A DNA stretch of 64,000 bases from an uncultured Acidobacteriota bacterium. GTDB lineage: Bacteria; Acidobacteriota; Blastocatellia; RBC074. Made by a program: the position numbers and the translations under genes. Location of the stretch: contig CAWCKY010000006.1 in the NCBI GenBank assembly GCA_963796275.1, positions 320,001 to 384,000 on the forward strand, written 5' to 3'. A model generated the notes under the pieces. That model was not told the origin of the DNA. It worked only from the letters and a program-made list of their open reading frames with translations, and ran no database searches. Below are positions 21,362-32,900 of the stretch, piece by piece; the first letter of the stretch is position 1, and every line of letters starts with the position of its first letter.

Positions 21362-21627
21362 ATACTCGCAATACCCACAACGCCATTGCGAGGCAATTAT
21401 TTTGTTCTCGCAAACACTTACCGATCTGCAGGAGGTTTGTGAAATCGGATAGCGGCAACCGTTTTTAGAAGATTACATCGGTTGGGGTGATTAACCCTTG
21501 TACGGGAGGAACCGTAAATGACTGAGAAATCATAGCTGAATTAATAGAAGCGATGCAAGGCGGGGTAAATCCACCCAAGACTGATTGATCTGAGATTAGA
21601 CCAGAGAGAGTCCCCCAACGGAAACTG

Positions 21628-23314
21628 CTACCGGTCAATCCGAGACGACCTCAGGTCACTGATTTCTGGCTGACCCGAATTGGTAGAGACATCCGCTGGT
21701 TCAGAGAACCATTGCGATTTGGGAACGAAGACCCTGCCGGATGGTTGGGTCTGAAAATGCGGTGACATGATCTGTACCCCGAACTCGTTGAAAGCGTCCT
21801 GAATCTGCGCGTGAAGTTTGGAGAGGACCAGCGCCCGATCCTCGGTAATTTCCAGATTCACGACAAGCTGGTACTCGACATAAAAGTCAGCTAGTGCCCT
21901 CTGCATTACGCGTGGGCGTGGGGCTTTCCGCACGCCCGCCGTCCGCTCAGCAGCCAGCATGAGCATCGCTTGGACTTGCCGCCACGGTGCATCGTAACCG
22001 ATCGTCACTGCCGTTGAGACGACATCCCCATCCCCGGCTGCCAGCCGCGAGAAGTTCACTGTCTTCGTACCGACCACCACGCCATTGGGGATAGTGATCT
22101 CCTCGCGCCTCCATGTAACTATCTTTGTCGACAGCATACCAACTTCGCTAACTAGACCTTCGTCGTCACCAACACGAACATATTCCCCGGTTTTCAAGGC
22201 GCGCGAGTAGATCACCACCAAGCCGCTCATGATCTGGTTGATCAGGCCCGCCGAACCAAGCGATATCATGCAGTCCCACGAAAACGCTCACGCCTTTGAA
22301 GGCGTCAGTGCTAGAACCGGGAATATATGGGTAGGCAACGATCAGGGCGAATATCCAGATCAGAACCACGATCAGGCGGCGCGTCGCCCCCGCCGTATCA
22401 GGATGGAGCCAGGCAGTCGACTGGCGGCGCTCTTCCACCTCACGGAAAATCCCGTCGATCAGGCGGACAGCGATCCGGGTGAACAGGAAGATGACCAGCA
22501 CCGTGAATATCCCGGGGATGGCCTGCAACGCTCCGCTGCCCAGCTTTCCGAACAGGTTGATCAAGAAGGTCCCGAGTTGTTCACCCCATGGATGGCTGTA
22601 AGGGAACTGTGTAAGGACAAAGGTTAACCACAGGTAAGCGAGCGTGATTCCTGCGGCCCACACGGTCAGTTTGATCGCGCCGCGTCGCATGACCACTGCC
22701 ATCGGCTGGAGGTTAATGCCGGCGATCGTAAGGGGCTGCACGCGCGCACCTGATGTCATTTCCAGACGTGAGAGACCCTTGCGGCCGCCGCGAATTACCA
22801 GCAATATCCCGAAGAGGGCGATGAGTGTCGCAGCGATGGAAAGCCCTATTGCCCGGAGCAGCACCGACCAGTTCCGCTGCCGGGAGCGGGCATCCAGGGT
22901 AGCGTGCAACTGGGCTACCGCATAGTCGGCCGCATCTTTCAATGTTTCGCCAGATTCAGGATCCAGGTCCTCCTGCATGAGGCCGAACACATATTGGCCA
23001 TTGACGGTGAAGAGCACACCCGTGTACCTGCCGGTGAAGGCTTCGTTGGCCTCGACCCTCCATTCGGGTGCGACCTCCGGAAGCGCCTCGATGCGTGCCT
23101 CGGCATTCGCCGCCCGCTGAGCCGGGCTGAGGTGCTCGTAATTAGCGCGGAAAACCGTGATCTTCCGGTTCCAGAAGATGAGCGGAGCGGCTTCGCCACT
23201 CTGGCGGCTTTCGGTCTTGGGAGATGCACTCTCGCGCGGTTGTCCGGTTTGCGCCATTATGTTTAGGGATGTGATAAGCCAGACGATCGCCGTTATTAAA
23301 AGAGAGCGCTTCAT
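21628..23314 (-). pseudogene. MscS family mechanosensitive channel split by a +1 frameshift
   Basis: Coding strand reads GTG GGA CTG C ATG ATA TCG near 22270. Removing one C joins FKGVSVFVGL to MISLGSAGLINQIMSG. Signal peptide starts at ATG 23314. Confidence 0.85.
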
Positions 23315-23945
23315 GCGATGATCCTTTCTTGCGCTATGGGGCACCTGAATACAGCCTACGACCTCAATCTCTATACAGCCGCCGTGATGAGTCCAATTGC
23401 GAGATAGTTCCGGTCGTTGCGGTTTCAGCATTTTTTTTGTGCCGATCTGGATCTGCTTCGCACGATACCTTTTCAGCCCGTCTCACGGCGGGTGCCGAGG
23501 CCCGCCCGGTGTCTCAGTGGAAGCATTCATCGAAGAGCATGTGCAAGTACGGGTCGGTCTGAATTCCTCAGTGCCGTGCGCGAGCCCGGTTTTGCTACGA
23601 GTGCATCTCTATCCGAATGAAATTGTATAGGTGAGGTCAAAGACTGAATACTGTCAGATTTGACAGCTGCTGTAGAAAGTCTGACATGAGACGAGTTAGC
23701 AAGTGGATGAACTGAAACCCGGCAACGCGCATTCGCAAACAGCGTGTCGGAAACAAACTTCAGCGCGTGGTGCAGCGATAACCGTGCCTTTCGATTGCAT
23801 CACTTCGGTGCAGCTCTCCCGTTATCCGAAAATTTCCGGGCAATCCCGAAACTTTACCAGTAGAAACCTGGAGATCTACGGATAGTACAGTACGAACCCG
23901 CTCGATTATGGTTACCTTGTACGGAGGTAATAGACAATAACTAAC

Positions 23946-24878
23946 TTGACGCTCATAGATTTGGCCTTTGAAGTCTATGAAAAGGCTTACAAGGATCACG
24001 CTTTCGGCAGAGCGGCCGAACTTGCCTACTTCTTTCTCCTCGCGCTGTTTCCTTTTCTGATCTTTCTGCTGAGCGCCTTCAGTTTTATGCCCGGCTTACA
24101 AGAGGCTCTGCTGGATTGGTTTGCCAGACTGATGCCGCCGGAGGCAATGTATCTGGTAACCGGTTGGGTGAATAGTGTGATAAGTGATAGCAGCGGCAGC
24201 TTGCTCTCGATCGGGTTGTTAGGGGCGTTGTGGGCTGCCTCAAAGGGTATGAAGGCGGTCATCTTCGCGCTCAACACAGCATATGATGTCGAAGAAGAGC
24301 GCTCATACTGGAAGACGAAGATAATCGCCCCGGGACTGACGCTCTCGCTCTCGGTGTTTATCGTGGGTGGGCAGGTATTAATCATGTTCGGCGACTGGCT
24401 GGCGATTTGGTTAACCAACCTGTTGGGTCTGGGAGACAGATTAGTCACTCTGGGGCAGTACATCGATTACCTGCTTGGCTTGTTGCTGCTCCTTATCGGC
24501 GTCGGTCTCCTCTATCACTTTGCGCCAAACAGGAAGAGGAAGTGGCGGCTGATTACGCCCGGGGCGATCTTTGCTGTGGCGGGTTCCGTCATCGTTTCAA
24601 TTCTCTTCTCCCAATACCTGCGTTTTGCGCCGAAACACAACGCTGTCTACGGCAGCCTGGGAGCTGTAATCGTCCTGCTTCTCTGGCTGTATCTATGGGG
24701 ACTCGCGCTTTTCATCGGTGGCGAGATCAACTCTGTGATCGAGCGCGCGGCCAGCAGGCCCGTCATCGAGGAAGAGACGGAGGGAGATCGCACTGCTGTC
24801 AGTCCCAGTAATGGAAGCTTGAGAGATCTTTTGCACGAAGTCGTTCTCCGAACTCGAAAGTTACGCTCGAGATCATGA
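23946..24878 (+). CDS. YihY/virulence factor BrkB family membrane protein
   Basis: AAELAYFFLLALFP, ALNTAYDVEEER and YGSLGAVIVLLLWLY motifs. Confidence 0.9.
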   Translation: MTLIDLAFEVYEKAYKDHAFGRAAELAYFFLLALFPFLIFLLSAFSFMPGLQEALLDWFARLMPPEAMYLVTGWVNSVISDSSGSLLSIGLLGALWAASKGMKAVIFALNTAYDVEEERSYWKTKIIAPGLTLSLSVFIVGGQVLIMFGDWLAIWLTNLLGLGDRLVTLGQYIDYLLGLLLLLIGVGLLYHFAPNRKRKWRLITPGAIFAVAGSVIVSILFSQYLRFAPKHNAVYGSLGAVIVLLLWLYLWGLALFIGGEINSVIERAASRPVIEEETEGDRTAVSPSNGSLRDLLHEVVLRTRKLRSRS

Positions 24879-24896
24879 CGAATAGTCACAAGGTTT

Positions 24897-25778
24897 CTAC
24901 CAAGAGGCGACCCGCCGCAGATACCACGCCACCAGCAGCAGGAACAGTCCGTAAGCGATCAGCCCGGTGGCGACAGCGATAAAAATCCAGACCCCGTAGG
25001 GCTGCGCTTCGACAATGCGTAGTATGTCGCCTATCGTGCGCGCTTCGACCTCCTCCACATACCACCCGGCGTAGACGAGGAACATCCCCACAATGAAAAA
25101 CGCGACTCCGCGACCCGCGTAGCCCGCCACGCCAAACGCGATCGTTGCTCTTCTGATCCTGTAATTCATGCGCTCGAGTTCCATGTCAATAGTGAACCGG
25201 CGACTCACTGCTACGTAGAACTGGTGGACGGCGACGCCGGCGACGACGAGTCCGGCGAGCATGGTCAGCCAGCCGTCCAGCGGCCTCCACGTCAGGAACA
25301 GCGTCACCCAATCGCGCCTCGGCGTTCCCTCGTCGGGATTCATGACAGTCAGCCCCAGAGTCATTTGCAGCGCGGTCAGCGCAATTCCGATATGTGCGAG
25401 TCCGCTCACGGCGCAGCCAATGCGCCTCAGGACGCGCATGATGAGCTTAGGCGGCACGCCCTCCGTGGGCGGCACGAATATCTGCACGAAGCTGCGGAGG
25501 ATGAAGCCGAAAAGTCCGATGGCGACGGCGGCGACCGCCAGCCGCCCGAATGGTTGCGCGACAAGCAGGTCGAGCGCTCCGCGCGTCCCCCTCACCCGTC
25601 CGCCGATGTTGACCGCCGCCAAAGCCGTCGTGCCGCCGATGATAACGTAAAGCAACCCATTCGACGCATAGCCGAGCCGCGCGCACCGGAAGACCCACGG
25701 GTTGGCGGCGAGGATATCTGAGATTCGAGGGCGCGCGGTCGTCTGCGTTCGTGGTAATAAACTCTCCCGCTCATGCAT
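24897..25778 (-). CDS. DUF1206 domain membrane protein
   Basis: Repeated ARLGYASNG / GVAGYAGRG and QPFG / QPYG units. Start overlaps the upstream gene's stop (ATGCATGA). Confidence 0.8.
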   Translation of the reverse strand: MHERESLLPRTQTTARPRISDILAANPWVFRCARLGYASNGLLYVIIGGTTALAAVNIGGRVRGTRGALDLLVAQPFGRLAVAAVAIGLFGFILRSFVQIFVPPTEGVPPKLIMRVLRRIGCAVSGLAHIGIALTALQMTLGLTVMNPDEGTPRRDWVTLFLTWRPLDGWLTMLAGLVVAGVAVHQFYVAVSRRFTIDMELERMNYRIRRATIAFGVAGYAGRGVAFFIVGMFLVYAGWYVEEVEARTIGDILRIVEAQPYGVWIFIAVATGLIAYGLFLLLVAWYLRRVASW

Positions 25779-26925
25779 TGGCACTCTTACTGATCCTTTC
25801 CCGATCCTGTTTCTCCTCATCCGCTTCGCGGCCACCGTGCGTCACATAGTCGCCGAGTACGTCCTCGACATAGATCATCTTGATGAGAATCATCACGGCT
25901 GCAGCGAACGGCGAAGCGAGCAGAAATCCTATGAAACCGAATGTCAAACCTAGCAGCACCTGTGCCGTGATCGTCAATACTGGCGGCATTTCAACGCTCC
26001 GGCGGTCGACTATGGGAGTCAACAAGTAGCCGTCGATCGTCTGCAGAACAAGGTAAAGCAACGCGACATATAAGGCTTGTTGCGGACCTTGCAGGAAAGC
26101 GATGAGTACGGCAGGTATAGCTGCGATCCAGGGCCCGAAGTTCGGGACGAAGTTGAGCAGCCCTGCTAGGATGCCGAGCGAGGCCGCGAGAGGTACGCCT
26201 AATATCCACAATCCGGCAGTCGTCAAACCGCCGTTGATGAGCATCAGGATGGAACGACCGCCGATCCATCGCCACAACGCCTCGTCGATGGCTGTCAGGA
26301 TTTCTCCGGCGCGCGCCCGATGCCGGAAGGGGAGGAGATGTTTGATACCTGCAGAATATAGATCGGGCTGCGAAGCGAGGTAGAGACCGATGATGACAGC
26401 GATCAGGGAGTTGATTAGCAGGCCGAGCGTCGTCGACGCCAACCCCGTCAAGCGCGAGACGATCGCGCCGCCGCGCCCGGCGAGGTACTCGTTAAAGCTC
26501 GGCAGATTCTCAATCGTCGAGTGCGCCCATTCGTACTGTTTGACATACTGTTTGACGTTCTCTATGGCCAGCGGAAGCTGCTGCCGCAATTCACTCACCT
26601 GTGAGCCGATTCGTCCCGGTATCAACCACACTCCGGCCACGAATACGACGAAGAACGCGAGCAGGATGAGACTCAGAGAGAGCCCACGCCCAAGGCCCGT
26701 TTTTTGCATCAAAATCCGACTGAAACCGCGCAACAAAATCGAAACGAGCACGCCCGCGAACACGAGCATCAACAAATCGGAGGCGTACCAAAAGAAGTAA
26801 ATAACGAATGCAACGCTCGACACGATACACGACGTAACAAAAACACGTTGCGCGAAGGTTAAGGCTATGCTTTCTCCCTTCACCTCCGCATTGCGCGTTG
26901 CCTTCAATTCGCGATCACTTTCCAT
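25771..26925 (-). CDS. AI-2E family transporter
   Basis: GLLNFVPNFGP and QTIDGYLLTP motifs. Confidence 0.9.
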   Translation of the reverse strand: MESDRELKATRNAEVKGESIALTFAQRVFVTSCIVSSVAFVIYFFWYASDLLMLVFAGVLVSILLRGFSRILMQKTGLGRGLSLSLILLAFFVVFVAGVWLIPGRIGSQVSELRQQLPLAIENVKQYVKQYEWAHSTIENLPSFNEYLAGRGGAIVSRLTGLASTTLGLLINSLIAVIIGLYLASQPDLYSAGIKHLLPFRHRARAGEILTAIDEALWRWIGGRSILMLINGGLTTAGLWILGVPLAASLGILAGLLNFVPNFGPWIAAIPAVLIAFLQGPQQALYVALLYLVLQTIDGYLLTPIVDRRSVEMPPVLTITAQVLLGLTFGFIGFLLASPFAAAVMILIKMIYVEDVLGDYVTHGGREADEEKQDRERISKSANA

Positions 26926-27603
26926 CTACTTCATCAATGATTGAACACGGCCTCGGAACCATCTCATGTTAAGTCAATGCTACGGCGCTATTCAATCGCG
27001 CGTCTCTTTATTCACACAGCCCTCAATTATCGCAACCGGGAAATTGTGCAACACTGTGATGAAGTAAGGAATATATCCAGGTCTGTACTGTAATCTGCTA
27101 GTACGAGTTACTAATATTCAACCTGGGAATTATCCGGATATTACTAGGTTGGTACCACAGCCGGAAGTACGCAATCAAAAACGCTTGACTACTGAACTCA
27201 CAGGATATTCAGCAATCTCCCGCGGGCGTATGATTACATCCCCAACCAATAACAAACAGAATCATCTGATGAGCAAACTTGGCGATAAAGCGAGCAACTG
27301 TTAGGTCTTATCGGAGTAATTGCCGTTGGGGACTCGAGCGGCAAGGAACTCGAATATAAAAATTTCGGGTTGATTGTCACGCCGTCAACATGCCGCAGGC
27401 ATGACCAGAGCAGTAATTTCGACCGCGCCACATCATCAGTTACGCCCAAAGGTCCGGAAGAAAGCTGTACAACTACTTATCGTATGCTCGACCCGAAGTG
27501 ATGTGGCGGATGGAGTGAGATCGGTGGCTAACGAGCGTCGGCAGATACTGCGCGATCGCGCGGATGATGAAGGCCGACCATAAACTGGGTGTTGGAGGGT
27601 TTT

Positions 27604-28473
27604 ATGGATCTAGAAGCATTGTTAATACTCGCCCTGAAGTCGAGCATTTTCTTGACTGTATTTGGTCTCGCTCTTAAGGCGACCATGGATGACGCGGTGT
27701 ACTTGTTCCGGAACCCGTCGGCGCTCTTCCGGTCAATTTTGTCGATGAACGTATTTATGCCGCTTATGGTGGCCATGCTCGCGGCTGCATTCGAACTTCA
27801 CCCGGCAGTGAAGATTGCGCTCATCTCTCTGGCTGTCTCACCTGTCCCACCATTCCTTCCCCAGAAAGAGCTCAAGGCAGGCGCTCACGCTTCTTATGCG
27901 ATCGGACTGCTTGTAGCAGCAGGAGCGCTCGCGATCGTCTTCGTGCCTTTTACGGTGTGGCTGCTCGGAAGACTCTACGACAGACCCGCTCAGATTTCGA
28001 TCGGCTCAATTGCACAAATCGTTTTAATCTCCGTGCTTCTACCACTGGCCGCGGGCATTACAGTGCGCAATTTTGCCCCCGCGTTTGCTGACCGTATAGC
28101 GAAGCCCATTTCGGCGGTGGCGGCGGTGTTGCTTGTTGCTTGCACCATTCCTCTCGTAATTACCGCTTGGCCGGCCATCACGTCGCTGATCGGAGACGGG
28201 ACGATCGTTGCAATTGCGGCGTTTGTCATCTTTGGGTTAACAGTCGGCCATCTGCTCGGCGGGCCGGAGCCGGATGACCGTACCGTCCTCGCACTTTCCA
28301 CCGCGTCAAGGCACCCTGGCATAGCATTGGCGATCGCGAGCGCCAATTTCCCGGGCCAAAAGCTCGTTCTGGGCGCCATTATTTTATATCTGCTCGTGAA
28401 TATCGTTATCACGCTGCCGTACCTCAATTGGCGCCGCCGGCATCACACCGGGATCGCCGCAGTTAGTACCTGA
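27604..28473 (+). CDS. bile acid:sodium symporter (BASS) family transporter
   Basis: SPVPPFLP and ALSTASRHPGIALAIA motifs, ~9 TM segments. GGAGGG RBS. Confidence 0.8.
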   Translation: MDLEALLILALKSSIFLTVFGLALKATMDDAVYLFRNPSALFRSILSMNVFMPLMVAMLAAAFELHPAVKIALISLAVSPVPPFLPQKELKAGAHASYAIGLLVAAGALAIVFVPFTVWLLGRLYDRPAQISIGSIAQIVLISVLLPLAAGITVRNFAPAFADRIAKPISAVAAVLLVACTIPLVITAWPAITSLIGDGTIVAIAAFVIFGLTVGHLLGGPEPDDRTVLALSTASRHPGIALAIASANFPGQKLVLGAIILYLLVNIVITLPYLNWRRRHHTGIAAVST

Positions 28474-28891
28474 AGGGAGGGGCGCGCCGATGATGTCGTC
28501 GCGCCGATCGCGAGATAAAATCGATTATTTTTCGAGATCATCACGACGGTCCTCCTATCGCTTGAAGCGGTTATCCGGACGCACGTTGGGATGGCGTTCA
28601 GGCATCAAGCTATAGCGAAGCGAGCCAGCTGCGCATCGAGTCGTCGCGCATCTCAGCGAAAGCCGGGCAGCAAGCCGCATATCAGTTTGAGTGTCCGCTT
28701 CGCCTCCAAGCGACAAATCAAACACATGGTTTTGAACAACTTTTTAATTGCGAGCCTCATCCCGATGGAGTCGGGGAGTTATGCTGGCATGTCTGATTGG
28801 GTAATGAGTTATAAGAGCGCGCGCATCCACGTCGCGATCAGAGGAATAAATATCGGTACCAGCTCAGAAGCGAGAGGGAAGCAGGAAACAA

Positions 28892-29662
28892 ATGGTTAAT
28901 CGGGTTCGAGCGAAAGATCAGATCAAATCGTTGATAGCGGCGGCTATTGTCAGCCTCTTACTGACGATAGTCTTCATCCCAGCAATAAGCGCCCAGGGGA
29001 AGACACCGACCACTGCAGCAGGCCCCAAGTCAAATCATAATCCGCAGCAGTCAAGTGGGACGCCATCGATTCAGAAGGAGGAGAAGGTTCCCGAGGCCGA
29101 TTTCGTGGCTTCCACCGATTATCGCAGCAGCAGTCTGATCGTGCCTTTATACCGCGGACTGAATTTTGAGGGTCATTACATCGGCGTCAGAGCCGAGCCT
29201 GAACAGGAGGAGAACGGAGAACCCGGCTCCATGAGTCCAACTGGAATAATTAACGTGGGGGCCATCACCGGAAGCTATAGTTTTCGTTTGGGAGAACAGC
29301 TCACGCTCTCGCCCGGTTTCGGGATTTATTTTGGGGAAGATCAAAGAACTTCACCGGCGCTCAGCTTCCGCTGGGAGTTCGAGAGGAGCCGGATTTTTTC
29401 ACAAGGGCTCTTCATCTTTTCATTCCTGGAATCGGAAGAGTTCGGCCGTCCCACCATCTGGGACGGAAATCACATCAGCCTCAGGTTGAACAGGTTTGAG
29501 ATCGGACCTACCTGGGAGCTTATTCACACTCGATCTGAAAATGATTGGAAAGGTGGCGGACGCGCGGCGTTCAGACTGTTCCGCAATGTGAGCGTCGCTT
29601 TCTTCGTACTCGCGCCGAATACGGAGTATCGTGGGGGAATCATAGTCCATCCGGATCGGTGA
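28892..29662 (+). CDS. hypothetical exported protein, possible small outer-membrane beta-barrel
   Basis: Signal peptide, low-complexity linker, then aromatic/Gly-rich strand-like segments. Confidence 0.6.
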   Translation: MVNRVRAKDQIKSLIAAAIVSLLLTIVFIPAISAQGKTPTTAAGPKSNHNPQQSSGTPSIQKEEKVPEADFVASTDYRSSSLIVPLYRGLNFEGHYIGVRAEPEQEENGEPGSMSPTGIINVGAITGSYSFRLGEQLTLSPGFGIYFGEDQRTSPALSFRWEFERSRIFSQGLFIFSFLESEEFGRPTIWDGNHISLRLNRFEIGPTWELIHTRSENDWKGGGRAAFRLFRNVSVAFFVLAPNTEYRGGIIVHPDR

Positions 29663-29972
29663 TCTTCGCTTCCCGCCTTATTTCCCCGGCGAGGCTCCAA
29701 CCCTGCGAAGATCAAAGCCGGGTGTCCTATTTAAATATTTTCATTTTGCTCTCAATTGCATCACCATTTCCAAAAATCTTGACAATTTCCATTTGGTCCC
29801 TTAGTCTGCGCTTACTTTCACGGATTGTTCATTAATCGTAATACATTAAAAGACAGTTATTGACTCAATTTACCGGTACCAGATGGGGCTAATGAGGTTT
29901 ACCACTCGTATCGTTGAGCGATCTAAGTAACCAGGTCAAAGCCAAGTCAAAGAAAATAATGGAGATGAATCT

Positions 29973-32900
29973 ATGCGACTCTTTTCGACCAGATTTATAT
30001 TCGCCGTGTTGTTAGCGGTAGGCTTACTAGCGATCGGAGCCGATGCGCAGGCGCTCTACGGAAGCATTGTTGGTAATGTGTCGGATCCACAAGGGGCGGT
30101 TATGCCTGGGGTATCGGTCACGATTACGAACACTGGCACCGGTTTAAGTTTACAGACGACGACTGATGTGAGCGGAAGCTATGTGTTCCGCAATCTCCTG
30201 CCGGGCGACTACGGGATGATCTTGACGTCCGGTGGTTTTAAGGAAGTGCGACAGTCGGACGTCATCGTGACGGCCGGCAACCCGAAGCGCGTGGATGTAA
30301 AGCTTGAGATCGGTGCTGCCCAGGACTCGGTCACGGTGACCGCGGATGCGGCCACGCTGCGCACGGAGAAGTCTGACTTAGGTACGGAGTTGAATTCCAA
30401 ACAGGTGACCTCGCTGCCGCTGAACCAATACCGCAACTATCAGTCGTTGCTCAATCTGGTGCCGGGTGCGACGCCCGTGCAGTATCAGAACGCGGAGATC
30501 GACACTCCCGGGCGGTCGTTGCGGACCTGGGTCAATGGCACACAGCCGAACAGCAACACGACTCGCGTTGACGGCGCAGTGTCGGTCAACGTCTGGCTGC
30601 CGCACCACGCCGGGTATATCCAGCCGGTGGAGACCGTAGAAACTGTCAACATCGCCACCAACAACTTCGACGCCGACATCGGCATGGCTGGGGGAGCGGC
30701 GCAGACGGTGGTGACCAAGTCTGGCACCAATGAGTTCCATGGCTCCGGTTTCTGGTTCCAAAACTACGATGAACTGAATACCAATAGCTTTTACAATAAT
30801 GCGTTCGCGCTGGAGAAACCTCCGCTCTCGCACCATATTTACGGCGGCACGCTGGGCGGCCCGATCAGGAAAGACAAACTCTTCTTTTTCGGATCATATG
30901 AGAAGTTACGCGACCGGCGCGGCGGGAACTACGCCTACGGGGTCCCGACCGATAAGATGCGCAACGGCGATTTCACCGAGGTAGCCACGGCCTACCCCAA
31001 CAACCCCAGTGCCAGCGACAATCGAACCCGCAACAATTTCAGGCTCTACAATCCGGCCAGTGCCGCCGGGGGGGCGGGGCGGACTGAGTTCGACAACTTC
31101 ACGATTCCCCAGGATCAAATCACCCAGCTCGCCAGGACGATCATGAATTATTACCCCAGGGTCAATAGCAACCTGGACCTGAACAACAACCGTCTCCTGG
31201 ACGACTTTGTGCAGCAGCGGGAAGTCCAGGTAGATCGCGCCAACTACGACACGAAGATCACCTGGCAGCGCTCGCGGGAGCACTCGATCTGGGGAAAGAT
31301 CTCCCTGCTGCGGGCCGACGCGGTGGACAATTTCAATCTGGGCTTCGACCAAGGCAGCCAGGGCGATACGAAGGTCTATGTGGTCGGCGCCGGCCACAGC
31401 TGGACGCTCAGCCCGACGCTCCTGGTGGACGGCAACTTCGGATATTACCGGATGGACCAGACGGTGTTCGGACCTGACTACAGGCAAAACCTCGGCATCG
31501 AACTTGGGATTCCAGGCGTGAACGATCCCAATGACATCCGAGCCAGCGGCCTGCCCACCTTCGACAACGGGTACATCATCGGCGGGACTCCCAGCTGGAT
31601 GCCGCTGTTTCGAAATGAGGTCAACTTTAGCTTCAGCAGCGCACTGACGAAGGTCTTCGCCAGACACGAATTGAGAACAGGCATCGACATAGTCAAGATG
31701 GAGCTGAATCACCGCCAAGCCGAGTTCGGCGCCTATGGATTGAGGGGCGGTTTCGGTTACAGCGGAAACATCACGGGTGCGCCCGGCTACGACGCGCGGG
31801 GTTGGAATTCGTTCGCGGCTTTCCTGCTGGGCAGGGTGAGCTCATTCTCAAAGGACGTCCAGGCCGAGGATATGACAGGACGCGAGTGGCAGACGGCATT
31901 CTACGTGCGCGACCGCTGGCGCGTCACCCAGAACCTGACCCTCAATCTCGGCCTGCGGCTCGAGTATTACCCTTTCATGTCCCGCGCGAATAGCGGCATC
32001 GAACGGCTCGACTACAACAGCTACACAGTTATGCTAGGCGGTCGTGGCGATGTGCCGAAGGACGTCGGGCTCGATCTGCAAAGATGGTATGCGGCGCCGC
32101 GGCTGGGAATCGCATACCGCATCGGTGAGAAATCGGTGGTGAGACTCGGCTATGGCCAGACCATCAATCCGCTCCCCTGGTCCCGGCCGATGCGGGGATC
32201 CTACCCGTACGACATCGTTTTCAACGACTCTGCATCGCAGTACCTCACGCTCAGAGGGCTGGAGGACGGCATTCCCCCCGTTCCGATCCCAGATATCAGT
32301 TCCGGTGTGGTGAATCTGCCGAGGGACGTCTTCATGCGGTCGCCAAACGCCGGCGTCGAAGCTTTCCCGGGCTCTGGGTCAGGCCTCGATCGGGCCTCCA
32401 TCAAGCAGTGGAACATCGCATTCGAGCATAGGCTGCCGGGAGACCTGATAACCGAGGTAGCCTATGTCGGAACCCGCACGGACGGCGGCTATGCTGACCT
32501 GAACATCAACTACGGCGAGCCGGGCGGCGATAACGCCGCGCGCAAGTATCGCTCCGTGGCCGGCAACACCGCCATCAACGACTGGGCCGCGCGCACCAAG
32601 AGCCGGTACCACTCGCTGCAAGTATCGCTGAACCGCCCATTCAAGAAAGGGCTCATGTTAAAGGGCGCCTACACTCTCAGCCGCGCCATGGGCATGACCG
32701 ACGAAGACGGCTGGGTTGGCCTCACATGGAATCACCCGATGATGTATGGAGAAAACTACGCACTAACGGGTTTTGATAGGACACACGTCTTCCAGATGGG
32801 CTTTCTCTACGATCTGCCCATCCTGAAAAATTCCAGCACCACTTCAGGCAATCTCCTCGGTGGGTGGCAGCTCAACGGCATCTTTGCCACATACTCGGGT

